A stretch of DNA of 64,000 nt. It comes from Cetorhinus maximus. Taxonomy: Eukaryota. The position numbers were made by a program, and so were the translations under genes. This document shows, one piece after another, positions 26,671 to 40,231 of the stretch (its first letter is position 1; the number at the start of each line of letters is the position of its first letter). The notes beneath the pieces are model-generated. The model was not told the DNA's origin, did not search any database, and was given only the letters and a program-made list of their open reading frames with translations. Location of the stretch: positions 107,136,001 through 107,200,000 of the forward strand of contig NC_135889.1 of NCBI RefSeq assembly GCF_964194155.1, given 5' to 3'.

Positions 26671-27019
26671 AACACCAGGATGAGAATTCCAAATTTGAGG
26701 CATTGTAATCAATGTAGGCTGGAAAGGACAGGGATGATGGGCAAGTGTGACTTTCTGTATGATAGCATAGGTGAAATATAGGTGCATTAATAATGAAAAA
26801 TACTTTCCAATGGACTTGTGTACCCAGGGAATAAATGTCTTCAGCTTCTTGAGCCATATGACTGAAGCATTCAAGTTAATGAATATTTCTAGAAAAGATT
26901 AAAAAACAAACCACCTTCAATTTCAGTATTTAGTTCTGATTTGCCCTCTTAATGTTTTCTTCCTCAGGTATTTGAAAAGATAATTGTGTTGTACTTAAGA
27001 CTTTTTTTTGCTGTTTCAG

Positions 27020-27128
27020 AGGAAATCCCTTGGGTTAGATGAAGATAGTGTATTTGAAAATGAGAAGATAGTAAATGGAACAGAGGACAGCAGTTACTCT
27101 AACGGTGACGACGAGAAGCTAGCAACAG
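27020..27128 (+). CDS. RIF1: RIF1 penultimate coding exon
   Basis: gtttcag|AGG...G|gtaaaa. Encodes RKSLGLDEDSVFENEKIVNG. Confidence 0.85.
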
Positions 27129-27749
27129 GTAAAATTGAAGCTGTCTCAATCAGATATCTTCAGCAAATTAATTTGAAGCTCAAATGCATTGAGAAGCATT
27201 GACAAAAAATCTCAATTTCCAGAGCCATTCAGTGTCGGGGCTAGGTGACATGGTGGGTTTGCATCTCATTTTCATTTCTAACGTCTGGATTTGAATCCAG
27301 CCATGCTGAATGGATTTTCTTTGCTGCTTCTACCTCAAGACTGGCAGTCACTGAAAAGCCACAAGCATTAGTGATTTACCACATTCTATTCACAGGTTTG
27401 CATGGAGAGAAATTGAAAATTTTTATAGAGATAGGGGACAGTATCGCTGAGATTTTTTTTAGTTCCTCTTGTATTGTAGACCAATAGCTGGTGAAGCTTA
27501 TTGTGACTAGGGCTTTTTATCTGTTGTAAGCAGAGTAACTCCAGCTTGTTTAGTCTCTACATTACAAAAGCCCTTCCATCTGTGTTACCATTCTTATAGA
27601 TCTCCTCTCTCCAATCCTTTGACATCCTTCCTAAAGTGTGAGCAGACCAGTCTATTTAAAAGCGAATTGGCTTCATACCTTTGACCTAACTGTGTGCTGC
27701 TTATTTTAAAACAAAATCTGTAATGACTTTGTCTTTTATATTCTTTCAG

Positions 27750-27964
27750 ATTTAGTTGAGACTGCACCACCTGCTGTTACTCCTTCCACAGCCCTGGTTT
27801 CTGAGGTTAATGCCCTTTCTGCTCGCTTTTTCTCTGAGAACTTGAATGAACACTCTGGGAGTCAACTCTTTGCAATGCACCAGCAGCTGAGCAGCATGAT
27901 GAACTGCATCATGGGAAACCTACGGTCTCGCTGGAGGTCGTCACCACATGAAGCTGCTGATTGA
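27750..27964 (+). CDS. RIF1: RIF1 last coding exon, stop TGA
   Basis: ctttcag|AT. Encodes ...SGSQLFAMHQQLSSMMNCIMGNLRSRWRSSPHEAAD*, similar to the human RIF1 C-terminus SRWRSPSHE. Confidence 0.92.
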
Positions 27965-28931
27965 ACTTTTAAGTTACATGAACTGGCAAAGTTCAACCAA
28001 AAGGATGGAGAGCATTGACTGCCTCACCCTGCCCTTACTCTCCCCAACAGGCTAACTTTTCCTTACCTTTGATAATTCCCCACATTCTTTTTGATCAGTG
28101 TAGTTTCCTCCTAGGATAACATCCTGCTGCTCTCGCAGTTGAGCCTTTGCCTCCATCTTAGAGGGTTGAGAGTTTGAATTGCAGCCTTGCCTGCTTTTCA
28201 AACCCATCTGTCCTCTTGTGGAGGTGTTCTAGTAAATTACAGCGATAAGTGGCCTGGTCAGAGTGGGAGCTGCAATCCGGCAGTGAGCAACTCCTGTTCT
28301 ATAGAAGCTCATCCCCTCTGGCTGATCCAGATTGATATCACCAGCTGTGCCATTACCATGGGAGGCTGCCTTCCCTGAAGGGCAAATAGAGGGACATTTG
28401 ATATTTAAAGAATGGGGTTGAAGGGAATATTGTTTCAAGAGATTAGGAATTAATTTCCTAAAATAAAAGTGCTGACCAGAACTCAATCTTATTCTGGTGG
28501 ACTGCTTTACAGAGAGGCAAACCAAACACAAGGTGCTGGTAACTGGAGAGGGCCCCACTTGGTAAAAATTATCTTTTTTAAAAGCAGTAGGGCAGAACTC
28601 TATGCAGGAAGAGGACCACACATGGAGCTTTCATTTGAGAGACTCATGCTATGTAAATTGGTAAAAGTAGTTTTTTTTTAAAAAATGGAGATTTTCTGTA
28701 AGGAAAATAATTTTGATGTTAAATTATATTGTTTTACCAAATGCATTTTTGCTTTTTACTTAGCAGAATATCACAGTGGAATACTGCTGCTAATTCTGTA
28801 TTTCTGGCCATTACTTGACTTTTGTAGTGATGTTTATAGCTGCCAGAGTAAATCAGTGCACAGAAATGGAATCAGAGCTGCACTTTTTTTTATTAAATCT
28901 GTGCTTAGGCTCACCATGATACTCTTGTACA

Positions 28932-28942
28932 AATAAAATAAA
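28932..28942 (+). terminator. Candidate RIF1 polyadenylation signal (overlapping AATAAA pair)
   Basis: aataaaataaa about 970 bp after the stop, followed by T/GT-rich sequence. Confidence 0.55.
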
Positions 28943-30128
28943 TTGCAATTTTTTTGTGTTTATTGGGCTTTTTATTTTTCTCACTGATCAGTTTTGGTTT
29001 TACTTGTACTTCTCTGCTCCAGCCCTCATTACAAGTCTTGGTCCAAACATGAACATTAGAGTGAATTCCAGTGGGGAGGTGAAAGTGACTACAATAATGA
29101 AGTAGCATTCAACAGTCTAGTGTCAAGGAGCCCAGTAGAACTAGTCGATGAAGATCAGAAAGAAATGTTAGAGGCTATTCATCTCAGTGTGGATGTTACT
29201 GCAGAAGTTGGGTTGTAACTTGGCATTGCTCCAGTAGCACCTCAAACCTTTACCTAAAAAGACAAAGGACTGCAATGGAAACATCAACTCCACATCTTTC
29301 ACTAAGTCAGCCTCCTGGAACTCCTTTGAGAGTTTTGATAGGAGTACTTTCAACAGATGGATTGTAGTGGTTCAATAAAGCTCAACACCCTCTCAAAGGC
29401 ATCCAAGGATGGGTAATAAATTCTACCCCAATTGCCACCAATACCCATATCCTGAAAATGAATGATAAACAACATGGAGGAAATGTACCAACACATATGT
29501 AGAAGACCAATAAATAACTTGCATCAAGGTGTGTATAAATGGTTGTTGTCTTGCCTCCAGAGTTAGAAAGCTGTGAATTCAAAAACCACTCCATATACAA
29601 TCTAGGCTCACCTTGGTACGGTGTTGAGTGAGTGCTACACTTTTTTGAATGAGCTGTTATTACTGATCTTTAGATGGATGTAAAGTGATTCTATGTTACT
29701 AGTTGAAGAGGAGGGAGTTCTGGTTAAGTAACCTCACTAAAATATTTGGGCATACTTATTTCACTACAATTTTTTGCGTGTTGAACATATTAAACCACTT
29801 TTACAGATAGAGCTTGACGGGGGAACTCTGAATTCGCACAAGTGTACACCGAAGGATTTCTAGGGCAATGAAACTTTAGATCATAAGAAATTGGAGTAAG
29901 CCATCTGGTCCCTTTGAGCCTGCTCCACCATTCATTTAAGACCATGGCTGATGTGACTCTGGCCCCCTGCATGTCGACCCCACCCCCCAAAAAAACTCTT
30001 GACTCCTTTGTTGCTGAGTATTAGATGTGATGGAAAGGTTAAAACTAGAAATTACCGGAATAACTTCAGATCCTGCAGTGCACTCATTTTAAAATGACTA
30101 CAGCGAAGACGTTTTGCAGAAACTGAGC

Positions 30129-30134
30129 TTTATT
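30129..30134 (-). terminator. Candidate nebulin polyadenylation signal
   Basis: tttatt on + is AATAAA on -, about 690 bp downstream of the NEB stop. Confidence 0.5.
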
Positions 30135-30818
30135 TGACGCCACAGCTAGTTATCAGGTGTTGAGAAAACAGACAATACATGTACAAGTCCACCCTGAGCA
30201 AGTGAAGTAGGGAGGCTCTTAACATGTTCCTTTAACCACCTCTTTCAAAAGGGTCTCAAATTATGGAAACTAAATATGTCAGTGGCAACATGTTTTTAAA
30301 GCTCTGTTAAGGAATTTGCAAACTAACTACATATTTGTCAGGATACAGAAACCATAAGTTGTACTGCTGCAACCACTTTCAGTCATGACACGTTATGCTA
30401 TTCAACATTTTTCCTACTTCAAATGAGACCATCCAGTTTGCTTTGGGTATAACATTATGGAACACATCTCTGAATACAACTTAACAGTTCCAAAGAGTTA
30501 AAAGTTGGTTAAAATACACTGAACAGCCTAATTATTAAATGGTTTCATTATAGCAGAAATGCATGTAACGATTAGGCAGCAGTTTTTGTTTTGCACGTGT
30601 CCAAGATTTGTCATAAGTTCTGTAACTTGGTTGTAATAATAGATTTGGATGTACAATGGGAAGGAAATGGAAGATTATTGTGCTTATCCTTTTATCCCCT
30701 TAAGAAATTGAATCCCAATTGAGGAAAATCAAATGATAGGTTATGGGTTACTTGTGACTTGCATTTTTGTTTTGGAGTGGGGAGGGTGGGAAGTGCCTGT
30801 AAGGAAAATTGACCTAGC

Positions 30819-30992
30819 TTAGATGGCATCCACATAGTTAGCAGGCAGCATGCCTGTCAACCCAGTCCTTTGTACAGTACCATACATCCATCCTTCATCA
30901 ATGGACTGAACATTCATAAGGAAGTCACCATCTTTGAAAGAGACTTCATCTGCATCAGCTGCTGAATAATCATATATGGCACGGTATGTTTT
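30819..30992 (-). CDS. NEB: Nebulin last exon, SH3 domain
   Basis: ccacag|AAA...TAA. Encodes [57 protein letters not shown]; the RIF1-NEB tail-to-tail synteny supports NEB. Confidence 0.95.
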   Translation of the reverse strand, partial: KTYRAIYDYSAADADEVSFKDGDFLMNVQSIDEGWMYGTVQRTGLTGMLPANYVDAI

Positions 30993-32342
30993 CTGTGGGG
31001 AAAAAACATGATCAGATCAATACCTACAGGAGATTTTTTTTCTCAAATCCAATTTTCTATTTAGGAAAATATTTTTCCACAAAATGTAGTGCTTGCTATA
31101 AAACATATATTCTTTTATTTATTTTCATCATTTTGGGGTATACATGAGCATCACCCGTTGTGCGCAGATGAAGTGGTTCATTTGCGAAGGCCAGTCAAAC
31201 CTTGGCTAAACCAACATCACCCGCATAGCTTCTGAGCCTGCCAGCTGACTTTCGGGCACACTGTCAGGGGCCAAAGGATTGTCCAGTTGGGTTGGCATCA
31301 ACCTTTTCCTAATCATGCCTGTGTAGTGAGTCCGAGTGTGCACGTTAGTGTGTTAATGAGTTGTACAAATTATTGATATCAAATCAATAATAACTGGATA
31401 CAGGGAGAGAGGCAAGAGGTACAGTGATTGGGTGTGTACCTGTCTGGCAGATTGGTAGATTATGGGATAGTGACTAGAAAGAAAATCTTAGATCAGTTGG
31501 GAGGGATTCGTTTTTGATTGCTGTGGCAAAGCAAGTGATATTAACTAATACAGCTTTAAGGTAATGGGTTACGCAGAGCTCTCTGACTCTCACCATGTAA
31601 ACATTGCATGACCTAGTACTGAGCCATGTTGACCAGTATGTCCATCAGAACAGCTCCTATGATTATGATCGGCCACATACTCTGGGACCAGAGGGAAGAA
31701 ACGAACAACCATTGTTTTGCAGTTGGCTTTGCTGGAATGTGTATGTATGATAAAGTTAGCTGACAGGAAGTAGGGAGAGGGCGGGGGGAGGAGCAAGGTG
31801 GGTTATTCTCCTGTAGTCTGGGTGGTTGGTATACCTGAACCAGGAAATGGTAAGTGCCATAATGATAAATCAGTGAGTGAACAGGTGTTTTGTACAGTGA
31901 TGCGCTTATGTACATTCACTCTCAATACAACAGTTACATTCTAGCAAACTAGTACACCGAAACTAAATAATAATTTACAATAAAATAAATAATATTATCT
32001 TTTTAAAAAGACTGAGAGCACCTCTGCATTAAATGATGCATTTTCTTAGCAAGTAGACAGCATAAGCAGAGAGCTGCCACTCCCTCTGGCGAATGCTGGA
32101 AAAAGAACTTGTTTGACTTCAGGGGAAAATGCTGGACTGATTAGCTATTCTGTTAAATGAACACAGTAGTAGATCACATGGTGACTGTGGCCACCATGGA
32201 ATCAGCAGCCCACATGCCATCCCCTATGACTGATGGGGGCTGCAAAGTGTTGAAACTCCCCTCAAGTTTGCCTTCGATTGTTTTGTGACTACCCCATTAT
32301 TTCCTGTGCAATAAGTTTAGATTTGTCACATCAGTCACTTAC

Positions 32343-32449
32343 ACCAGTTGTTGATGGGTGAGAGGGAATAGATGACACGTTAGTCTGCTGTGTGGCAACA
32401 GAGGATGATCTCTGCTGTGGCAGGACAGTGGTTTTGGTTTGTTGGTAGC
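32343..32449 (-). CDS. NEB: Nebulin exon, serine-rich region
   Basis: tttcag|GC...GGT|gtaagt. Encodes YQQTKTTVLPQQRSSSVATQQTNVSSIPSHPSTTG. Confidence 0.93.
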
Positions 32450-32698
32450 CTGAAATAAGCAAGGAAAAGATTGTGTGTTAGCGAGCAGGTAAAAATGAAT
32501 GCATAGCTTATTTAAAAGTTGCTTATCAAAGAAATTATTGCAGAAAACTAGCTACAGTTCAAGACATACCCCATTCTACACAGCTGAAAAAATGAGAGAT
32601 TTGCAACTGTAAGCCTTTCCAGGTCCCTGGGCCTCGAAAAGCTTCCAAATATAAAGTCTTAACCCTATAAATGCAATGAACTGATGACCAAAATCTAG

Positions 32699-33329
32699 GG
32701 GCAGGATTTTATGTATTGTGGGCGGGTGCGCGCCTGACCCAGTCAGGCGTAAAATAGTGCATGATGACTTTGGGTGAGCGTCCTGACGTCATTGCGCACT
32801 CCTGCGATATTCTGGTCGACGGGCGTGCGCGAGAGTCAGCAGTGTGCCCACCGACAATTAAGAGGCCTATCAAGGCTATTAATCAAGTAATTAAAGCTAT
32901 TTTCCGCTGCCCACCCAAACTTACGGCTGGTGAGCAGGTGAGCGAATTGGCCAGGCGGCCTCAACGGGCAGGATGAGGTTTCCAACGTTAATGAAAAAAA
33001 AAATTTCTTTTTTTTTTACTTCATTTTTATTATGTTTATGCTCATGTGAGTGAATTTTGTTGTGTGGAAATGTTTTTCACATTTTCATAATCTTTCATTT
33101 TGATTTTAATATTCTTCAGCTCCCTGCCTTCAGGGAACTTTAGCGCTCATGCTCTTTCCGCCTCCGCACCCTGGCAGCTCTGAGGCTCTGAGCGCATGTT
33201 CCACCCTGTCTGGCCGTTAATTGGCCAAGGCCAGCCAGCGTGAAATGGTGGTTGGGGCCAGTCGCAGACGGAAAATCATTTCCCGGCAGTTCTTGGGCCC
33301 ACCCGCCTGATGACCCGAAAATCCTGCCC
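32699..33329. mobile_element. MITE (PIF/Harbinger-like), 12-bp perfect TIRs, 3-bp TSD
   Basis: gggcaggatttt ... aaaatcctgccc, flanked by tag/tag. Confidence 0.8.
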
Positions 33330-34343
33330 TAGATTTCTTCGTGCATTTGAAATTTTCCACCTTCTTTGGTCATAGTACCTTGAAACCTAAATGTCTGATA
33401 CATTAGAAGACTTCGGGGCATATAACAGAGTACATGCGAGAGTGAATTCCAATCTCACCAATGATTAGAAGCGACTTATTAATCAGAAAGCACATCATCA
33501 CCACCATTGGGAAGCTTTCACATAAAATTACCGTTCACACGATTGGCCATCGAGTTGCACCACCTTAAATCCTTTCGCCTGTTAAACGGTACGCAGATGT
33601 ATCATTTAACCGGCCAAACCCTATCCTCTTCCGCTGTTTCCCTTTGTTCAATCTAATGAGTTCTACCATGTGTCCTTACAGTTTCTCCTGTTTATAAAAA
33701 TAATACCTCCTCGTCAGCTTTTAAAAGCTTTGGCTGAAAGGAGGAAAGGATTTAATGATATGTACTCTCCTGCAGCCCACAAACACTTTCCCGTAGTATT
33801 GTAGTGCTAGAATCAATTGTAAACTTGAACTTAAACTCTGCAAAATGCTGCAGACCCTGGAAATCTGAAACAAAAACGAAAAGTGCTGGAAAAACTCAGT
33901 GGGCCTGACAGCATCTGTGGAGAGAAAGACAGAGTTTACGTTTCGAGTCCGTATGACTCTTCTTCAGAACTAAAGAGTAGAAATGTGGTGAAATATATAC
34001 TGTTTAAGGGGGGGGTGGGACAGGTGGAGCTGGATAGAAGGCCAGTGATAGGTGCAGGCAAAGGAGAGATTGCAAAAGATGTCATAAACAAAAGGTCGAA
34101 GGGGTGTTGATGGTGGTGATACTGGCTAAAGGAGGTGCTAATGGTGACATTAAGAGTAGAAAGCAGGATGAGCCAGTGACAGATGGCCCTAGTGGGGGTG
34201 GGGTGGGAGGAGGGGACGGTGTGGGAGAAAAGATTGAAGTAGGTTAAAAGGTGGGGATAAAACAATGAGGGGAAATAAATTGAAAAAATAATAATAGAAA
34301 TAGGTGGGAAAAAATATATATAATTTTAAACTTGGTCACTAAC

Positions 34344-34490
34344 TGGTTGGTGCCGTCTGGAAGAAGCTGTTTCCGTTGCAGTAACTAATGGTATGATCGG
34401 GTTCAGAAAGTTCCGATTTCTCATCTCCGCCACTCAGGCTCTGGGCGCTAGCGGAGCGCGAGTGCTCCCGGCTGCGGCGCTGCGCTTGAA
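34344..34490 (-). CDS. NEB: Nebulin exon, serine-rich region
   Basis: tttctag|TT...A|gttagt. Encodes QAQRRSREHSRSASAQSLSGGDEKSELSEPDH. Confidence 0.92.
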
Positions 34491-35141
34491 CTAGAAACAA
34501 GCACATTGGAACAAATGGTTGCAATGAAATCAAGGATTCAGGCTGCAAAGTATTTTAAAGCACAAACAAAATGTTTTTTCCCCTTAAAAAACCCCTGTTC
34601 TAGCACAGTGTCTATATACAATGGCACAATCACACTTCCGAAATTTAATCAAACTTCACTTATTAATTTAAAGTTAATCTTTTATTTTATTCATTCATGG
34701 GACGTGGGCATCACTGGCTGGGCCAGCATTTATTGCCCATCCCTAATTGCCCTTGTTCAGATTGCTGTGGGTCTGGAGTCACGTGTGGGTCAGACCAGGT
34801 AAGGGCAGCAGATTTCCTTCCCTACAGGACATTAGTGAACCAGATGGATTTTTACAACAATCGGCAATGGTTTCCATGGTCATCATCAGGCTTTTAATTC
34901 CAGATTTTTATTGAATTGCCATTTGCCATTATGGGATTCGAACACGGGTCCCCAGAGCAATACCCTGGGTCTCTGGAATACTAATCCAGTCACAATATCA
35001 CTATGCCACCACCTCCCCAAATCTGCCCTGTCTGGAGGATTATTTTCAACAAATTACCAGTCTTTGAGTAAAGAAGTAGTGCTTCAAAACAGATCCCCAC
35101 TAAATAGTATGCAATAGTACGTAATAAAAATACAGACTTAC

Positions 35142-35234
35142 TGCTTAACATGTGCAAACTCCTGGACTGAATGTTGTCTTCAGCCGGATCATAGTCAAAG
35201 ACTGAGCCAGGGTTGGTGCGCCATACACGCAGAT
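35142..35234 (-). CDS. NEB: Nebulin exon
   Basis: ttccag|AT...A|gtaagt. Encodes LRVWRTNPGSVFDYDPAEDNIQSRSLHMLS. Confidence 0.95.
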
Positions 35235-36008
35235 CTGGAAGCAAGGATTTAGGGGGTTAACCACACAATTGGTGACTGCCAAGAATACAATGCAACTGGG
35301 TAGAACCGTTGATATGAACCGTTGGGATTTTTTTTTTCTCAGATAAATGAAAATTAGGTTTTTATTTTTCACAATTCCTGCTTTATTTTGTCTGCTCTGG
35401 TTCCAATCACATGCCTTGTCTGACAAAATTCATTACCAATAGTTTAATAATGAAAATACTGTTGATGTGTAAATTAATGAGGAAAATATAAAAATCATTA
35501 TGCAGCTCAGACAAACGCAACATTTATGGCCATCCAATATCAGCTGTGAGTGCATCCGGTCAATTATTCCTGCAATAGGTAGGTTTTTTGTGTTATTTTC
35601 TGGAACTAGTACATGATGCAAATAAATGACCAACTGACTGCCATGCAAAGAAATTATGTAGAAATCACAACACGGGCTGTTTGGTTGATGTCAATGCTCC
35701 ACACAAGCTGCAGTCTATGGGCTTGCTCTATCCCTGAATCCCTTCATTCTCCTTCCTTCAACCACTGATTTAACAGTTGACAAGGTCTCTGCTTCAATCG
35801 CCAAGGTGGGTGGGGGGAAAGGGGGAAGTCACTACTAGATATAGGGGAGGGTGGTTATGATGGTCGGTGCAACCTACAATTAGGGGTTTGGTAAATATGT
35901 ATCCATGTAAGAATGTACATCCTGATAAAGCAACAGTAAGGCATGGCCATTTTGCATTAGCATTCTAGGCTCTGAAGAAGAGTCATGTGGACTGGAAACG
36001 TTAACCCT

Positions 36009-36710
36009 GGACAGAATTTTCTGCCTGCCGGGTGGGCGGGCCCAACCCCCGATCCAATCTCCGGTGGGTGGGGAGATGGTCCCCGTCAGAGAAGCGGGCC
36101 CCACCGCCATTTTACGTGGGCAGGCCAATTAAGGCCCGCCCAGTGTGACGCCCGGTGGGAAGCGCTATGCGCTCCCTGTGCGGGGGTGGGGATTCCCTAA
36201 AAGCGGGAGTGTGTTCTTTCACGCATGTGCACAAAGGAGCACACATCTCCCTGAGGCTAAGTGCAGTCTCAGGGAGATTGCTGACACTTTTAAAAACGTT
36301 AAAAATAGAAAAGAAAATCCTTAACATGTCTCCCTCATGTGACAATGTCACACAAGATGGGACATGTTCATAATTTACACTAAAACTTTAGTAAACTTTT
36401 TAAATTCCTACATGAAACCTCATCCCGCCAGTGGATGAGTTTTCATGTTTTCTCTATTTGCTACCAGGGCTCCTGGCCTGCCCGCCAACCTTAAGGTTGG
36501 ATGGGCAGGTCCTTTAATTGTTTAAATGATCCTGTCATTTAACAGTTGGCCATTGACAGGTCGACGGGCCCGCAGCTGATTTTGCTGCGCTCCCCACCTT
36601 CCTGAAAATTTAAATGGGACAGGATGACGTCAGGGGTTCCCCGATTTTCTATCAATACTCGACGGCGAGTGGGCCCCGCCCCCTGCTTGCCGCCGGCAAA
36701 ATTCAGTCCC
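36009..36710. mobile_element. MITE of the same family, nested in a Penelope-type terminal repeat
   Basis: ggacagaatttt ... aaaattcagtcc; the interrupted host sequence aacgttaaccctg|tttctct..cacagatgctg rejoins across it. Confidence 0.7.
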
Positions 36711-37239
36711 ATGTTTCTCTTTTCACAGATGCTGTCAGACCTGCTGAGTTTCCAGCATTTTCTGTTCTTATTTCAGATTTCCAGCATCCGCAGTATTTTG
36801 CTTTTATCATTAGCATTCCAGCTTCCCTATCTTCTAAATATGTTGGCTTTACAAATGTTCCCACTTTTCAACTAGTTAAGTTGGAGGTTAGTTGGTTGAA
36901 ATGTGAAACTGATTATCAGTGCAAATACAGACTGATTCTTCAACTCCTGCTGGTTGTGAATATTGAATTTAAGAGCAACTTTAGAGAGGAAACCCTAATG
37001 TGACTTCTAATCTCCCTCAGGGATTACATAGATAACCAGAAGTAGCCACATTTTAATAAACATTTACAAAGGAAGAAAGAAAATATCACCAAAGGTTTAA
37101 AGGAAAGGAGAGTAGTTCCTTATTATAATTACACCGGGCATTGTGGAAGCTGATTTACCAGCTACGGAGCACAGTAAATTAATCATTGGGGTACCATTTT
37201 ACCATGATTGAATAAATGAAATTACATCACTTTAATTCA

Positions 37240-38193
37240 AATCTTTATAAAATATTTAAAAACCCTCATGAAGCTTCATCCCGCCCGTGGATGAGGTTTG
37301 ATGCTTTTTCTGAAGCCCGCCAGGGCTCCCGGCCTGCCCGCAAACCCTAAGGTTGGACGGGCAGCCCTGTCAATGACCTAAATTGTTTTATTAATGGCCT
37401 CAATAGACCGTTGACAGGTCGTCATGCGCGCGAAAGAGCACAGAAATCTCCCCGAGGAACAGAGCTGCCTCAGGGAGATCAGCTTAAGGCTTTAAAATTT
37501 AAATAAAGGAAAAAAATAACTTTTAAAACATGTCCCCTGGTGTGACAGTGTCACATGAGCTGGGACATGTCAATGAATTTTTAAAAATAATTTTTATTGA
37601 ATTTTAAAACATTTCATGAAACCTCATCCCGCCCGGAGCGCTCAGCGCTTCCGGGCAAGCGTCACGCTGGGCGGGCCTTAATTGGCAGGGCCACGTAAAA
37701 TGGTGGCGCGGACCCGATCGGGTTTGTGATCACTCCCGCCCGCCCCTGCACAACCCCCCGACGGGGGGGAAAATTCAGCCCAGAGTTTCAGCTCTGGTCC
37801 CCAGACACCAGGACAGTCTGGAGCAGGGTTCAAACGTTGTCGCTTTTTGTTTCAGACGTTGCACCTTCTGACTCAGAGGCAGGAATCACATCCCCCGCCC
37901 GTGGATGAGGTTTCATGAAAAATGTGAAGGCCGCCTGGGCTCTTCGCCTGCCCGCCCGCCAGCCTTAAGGTTGGACGGGCAACTCATTTAACTGTATTAA
38001 TTAGTTTTTAACAGGATTTAATAGGCCTTTGACAGTTCGGTGGACGCGCAGCTGAGTCAGCTACGTGCCCGCCAAACTGAAAATCTAAATGACGCGCGGT
38101 GTCGTCGGGACGCACGCCCGAAGTCACCGCGTGTCAATTTATGTGTTGGCGAGCAGGCCCCACCCCCACTCGCCAACCGGAAAATTATTCCCT
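37240..38193. mobile_element. Cluster of partial MITE copies, same family
   Basis: Shared catgaaacctcatcccgcc / ccttaaggttggacgggc motifs; ends aaaattcagccc and aaaattattccc. Confidence 0.65.
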
Positions 38194-38849
38194 CTGAATT
38201 TTGGACCCGTCCCTAATAGGATATCAGAGCCCATAAAACTCTCCCGTCGTGTAGGGCCGGTTACCTGATGGGCTGATATACGAAGGTTACGGTCTGTCAT
38301 ATTGTTAATCCGCCTGAAAGTGCTTCCATTACTTCACTCTATTCTCCAAGGAAAGAGTGTCAGGATATAAAACCTACAATGCCCCAACACTGATCCAGGA
38401 TGTTTTTTTAAATTGAATCAGCCTGTAATTCCTACATGAAACCATTGGGTGACAGTGAAGGAATCACTTTTGGCTAAATGCATACTAAAAAATAGGAGGA
38501 GGAAAGTAAGTGTTTGAAACATAAAATATTCATGCAGTAAGTAGATTGTAATCCTAATGTTCCCGGCAAATGCCTATAAAGCATTTGAGATGTTATATGC
38601 CTTCTCCCCAACAGCCCAAAGGAGATCAATAATGGAACACAACCACAACCTCTCTCACAATAAGGGCCCTGTTAGCAAACCCCTCCTACTCTGGTCCATT
38701 AATTCTTAACTCACTTCACAATCTAATCCCTCTTGTTAACCTGATCCCAAATTCCAAGGCACAGCTGCCATTTATCTTCAGTCACCCTCGAAATAGCTGG
38801 TCACTGTCAAGAGCTGCTCCCATCATACCGTGTCCAATAGCCCGCCCTC

Positions 38850-38881
38850 CCTCCTCCTCCTCCTCCTCCTCCTCCTCCTCC
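38850..38881 (+). repeat. (CCT)n microsatellite
   Basis: About 10 CCT units. Confidence 0.9.
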
Positions 38882-40231
38882 AGCAAGGTGTCGCAAACCA
38901 TCTACCAGGTCACCAAAGGACAGCAATTTGGTGTTCTGGGACCTCCCGCATTGAGTAACCTTGCTAGTCCTCCTCTCTGTGGCCTTCTACTGTCCTTCTT
39001 CCTCACCTGCTCAGCTACTCTAACATCACCAGGGATATCTATCGGCCCAGGCGTTTGCCTGCCCAGACTCATTCTCTCTCAATCCACGAATTCCTTCCCA
39101 ATCCTCCCCTTTGCCCCCACATCCCATCCTATGCCTCCTACTCTTGTTCTCTCCTGCCTCTCTCCTCTTTCTTGCCCTTCCCCTCAAAACGCACTTGATA
39201 TTTTTCTTGCAGCAGATGCAGCCCACGTGATTTATTAATATGTAAGGAGGTAGAATCACTTTATCATCTACAGATCTCGGTTGGATACAATTTATGAATT
39301 ATTTACTAGTCAGGAGAATTCATTAATTATTTGAAGAGCATCGGTCAGGATAATTCATTATTTACAGGTCTCCATCTTCCACACATTTTATTTTTTATTC
39401 TAAAAATGGTTACTCCTAATGCTGGAATTAAACACATTTATAGAATTAAGGAAGAGGAGGCTATTCAGTCCATCACATCTGTGCTAGCTCTACAGGACTA
39501 CATATTGAAATTCATATTTTTCTTGCAGAATGTGCTTTTTTTTAATATTTAGAACTCCAACAATGAGTTGCCAGCGTGGGATCTAATATATTTATGCACT
39601 TCTATTTTTGTCATTTGATTTTTACTGCAACATGTACAAGAAAAAGCAGGAGAAAATGAAGATTATTAATATTAACACTAGAGTAATAAAATAACATGGC
39701 TGTGTTTACAAGCTGGCCTTTGTCTTCAGGTGAACGGAATATGTCACATGGGGAAAAAAAAATCAGCAAATTAGAGATAAGTATAAGAAGTTGGGGTAAA
39801 AAAAAATCACTTTAATGTGACAGACAAGCGTGATAAAAGTAATGTCATGAAAGGAAGTAATGAAGCATTATTGTCTTTTTTTGTTCATCCATGGGATGTG
39901 GGCTTCGCTGGTTGGGCCAGCATTTATTGCCCGTCCCGAGCTGCCCTTGAGAAGGTGGTGGTGAGCTTCCCTCTTGAACTCCTTTGAAGTACAGTAAGCA
40001 TCCACTAAATGCAAGAGTTTATCATATTATTTATGGGGCTGAATAAAAAGAAAATATTTATGAACCCAATGGGCCAGCTGGTCTCAGCTGCTCCGCCAAT
40101 GAAATCCGTGCCTCAACTCCATTCAGTTGCTTTGTTTCCATGTCCCTTGATACTATTACCTGTTAAAACCTTTTAGATCACAGCCTTGAAAGCTCAAGCA
40201 CCCACACAGCCGTTTGGGGAGAGAATTCCCG

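Noticed and set aside
30819-30992. Nebulette or LASP1 instead of nebulin
   Set aside because: Tail-to-tail position with RIF1 and the VLYSDSFRKQ / QAQRRSRE / SSVATQQT exons fit NEB.
31590-31915. Minus-strand ORFs as additional NEB exons
   Set aside because: No nebulin similarity; the exons ending at 32343 and starting at 30992 already join in frame.
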